A stretch of DNA of 63,413 nucleotides, filler included, from Octopus bimaculoides (Eukaryota): the NCBI RefSeq assembly GCF_001194135.2. It is 5 parts of 5 records of this genome, joined end to end, with 100 filler letters (N's around TTAATTAATTAA, not from the genome) between each part and the next. Parts side by side here need not be neighbours in the genome. Positions count along the whole stretch, not along the records: positions 61,372 to 63,413 come from NW_026308531.1; 4 more parts are not named here. The stretch is one strand, 5' to 3'. The notes under the pieces were generated by a model, which worked only from the letters and a program-made list of their open reading frames with translations, made no database searches and had not been told where the DNA came from. Of the stretch, positions 61,670 through 63,413 are shown piece after piece. Within the stretch, counting starts at the first letter, position 1, and the number at the start of each line of letters is the position of its first letter. A program made the translations under genes and the position numbers.

Positions 61670-61715
61670 CTCTCCTTTTATGTCGAAAAGTAGGCTCGAA
61701 ACATCTAAGACTTTT
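61670..61715 (+). ncRNA. Decayed hammerhead-like motif, relative of 56554-56590
   Basis: CCTTTTATGTCGAAAAGTAGGCTCGAAACATCTAAGAC retains CTCGAAAC; core and stems eroded. Confidence 0.35.
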
Positions 61716-62875
61716 CCATTGTTTTAGAGCGTCAAACTATCACACCTGTTTGTCGTTCCCTGACCATAGTTTATAATAATTCAAAAGAAAATAAGAAAAT
61801 GGAGATATAGCATTTAATAGTTATCTATTATCTGCTAAAATCAAACATAGCCCCATGTTTGATTTTTACAGAAAATAAATTTTTATCAAATGCTATATCT
61901 CAATTTTCTTATTTTCTTATATNNNNNNNNNNNNNNNNNNNNNNNNNNNNNNNNNNNNNNNNNNNNNNNNNNNNNNNNNNNNNNNNNNNNNNNNNNNNNN
62001 NNNNNNNNNNNNNNNNNNNNNNNNNNNNNNNNNNNNNNNNNNNNNNNNNNNNNNNNNNNNNNNNNNNNNNNNNNNNNNNNNNNNNNNNNNNNNNNNNNNN
62101 NNNNNNNNNNNNNNNNNNNNNNNNNNNNNNNNNNNNNNNNNNNNNNNNNNNNNNNNNNNNNNNNNNNNNNNNNNNNNNNNNNNNNNNNNNNNNNNNNNNN
62201 NNNNNNNNNNNNNNNNNNNNNNNNNNNNNNNNNNNNNNNNNNNNNNNNNNNNNNNNNNNNNNNNNNNNNNNNNNNNNNNNNNNNNNNNNNNNNNNNNNNN
62301 NNNNNNNNNNNNNNNNNNNNNNNNNNNNNNNNNNNNNNNNNNNNNNNNNNNNNNNNNNNNNNNNNNNNNNNNNNNNNNNNNNNNNNNNNNNNNNNNNNNN
62401 NNNNNNNNNNNNNNNNNNNNNNNNNNNNNNNNNNNNNNNNNNNNNNNNNNNNNNNNNNNNNNNNNNNNNNNNNNNNNNNNNNNNNNNNNNNNNNNNNNNN
62501 NNNNNNNNNNNNNNNNNNNNNNNNNNNNNNNNNNNNNNNNNNNNNNNNNNNNNNNNNNNNNNNNNNNNNNNNNNNNNNNNNNNNNNNNNNNNNNNNNNNN
62601 NNNNNNNNNNNNNNNNNNNNNNNNNNNNNNNNNNNNNNNNNNNNNNNNNNNNNNNNNNNNNNNNNNNNNNNNNNNNNNNNNNNNNNNNNNNNNNNNNNNN
62701 NNNNNNNNNNNNNNNNNNNNNNNNNNNNNNNNNNNNNNNNNNNNNNNNNNNNNNNNNNNNNNNNNNNNNNNNNNNNNNNNNNNNNNNNNNNNNNNNNNNN
62801 NNNNNNNNNNNNNNNNNNNNNNNNNNNNNNNNNNNNNNNNNNNNNNNNNNNNNNNNNNNNNNNNNNNNNNNNNNN

Positions 62876-62910
<35 letters not shown>

Positions 62911-63229
62911 TACTTATTTATAGTAGGACCAGTAAACTGTTAGCAACACTCAATATATATTGCAAAGTATTTCTAAGTTTCGGGCAACGAGCTAGTGTGA
63001 ATTCCTTGAATTTCTCACATACAGACTCCTATATACACAAGAAGATAGGTATAGAGCATAACGATAAAAATAAATTAAATGAGGAAAGAACAACTGTATG
63101 CCAATGAATGTAATTATGCAATTACATTCATTGGCTTACAGTTGTTTCAGCTGTTAAGTACAGTACACTGCATGCAGATGTTAGTGACAGTTTGACATTT
63201 ATAGCTTTATCAGAAGCTGTATATGAAAT

Positions 63230-63266
<37 letters not shown>

Positions 63267-63376
63267 TACAAATACACGCACACACAGACACGCACGCACA
63301 AATGCACACACGCACATACACAAGTGCACATACACACTACAAGAGACTACCATCATACCATATATGTGTTTGTGTG

Positions 63377-63413
<37 letters not shown>

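Noticed and set aside
62960-63040. Hammerhead-like CCCGAAAC on the minus strand
   Set aside because: No CUGANGA-like core or pairing stems upstream.

Overview
AT-rich eukaryotic genomic DNA with many microsatellites and N gaps. The SINE, RTE and Penelope repeat families resemble those of octopus (coleoid cephalopod); this is an inference from repeat style, not a database match. No intact protein-coding gene can be identified, and there is no rRNA, bona fide tRNA or CRISPR array. The window is mostly nested, decayed transposable elements: several L1/Tx1-like LINE remnants, RTE LINEs (with a PHD-like C4HC3 finger inside the RT region), a near full-length Penelope-like element (RT + GIY-YIG), R4/Dong and CR1/L2-like fragments, Tigger/pogo, mariner, maT-like and hAT DNA transposons, a non-autonomous Helitron, piggyBac-like MITEs, two solo LTRs and three tRNA-derived SINE families. 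The most notable signals are: (1) a set of minimal type-I hammerhead ribozyme motifs in Penelope-type terminal repeats, one with an intact core and one downstream of a tRNA-like Pol III head; (2) several long inverted repeats, including a 104-bp fold-back duplication at a SINE insertion site and a 201-bp palindrome; and (3) a few short candidate exons of an unidentified host gene whose strand is unresolved. Boundaries of decayed elements are approximate (tens of bp).
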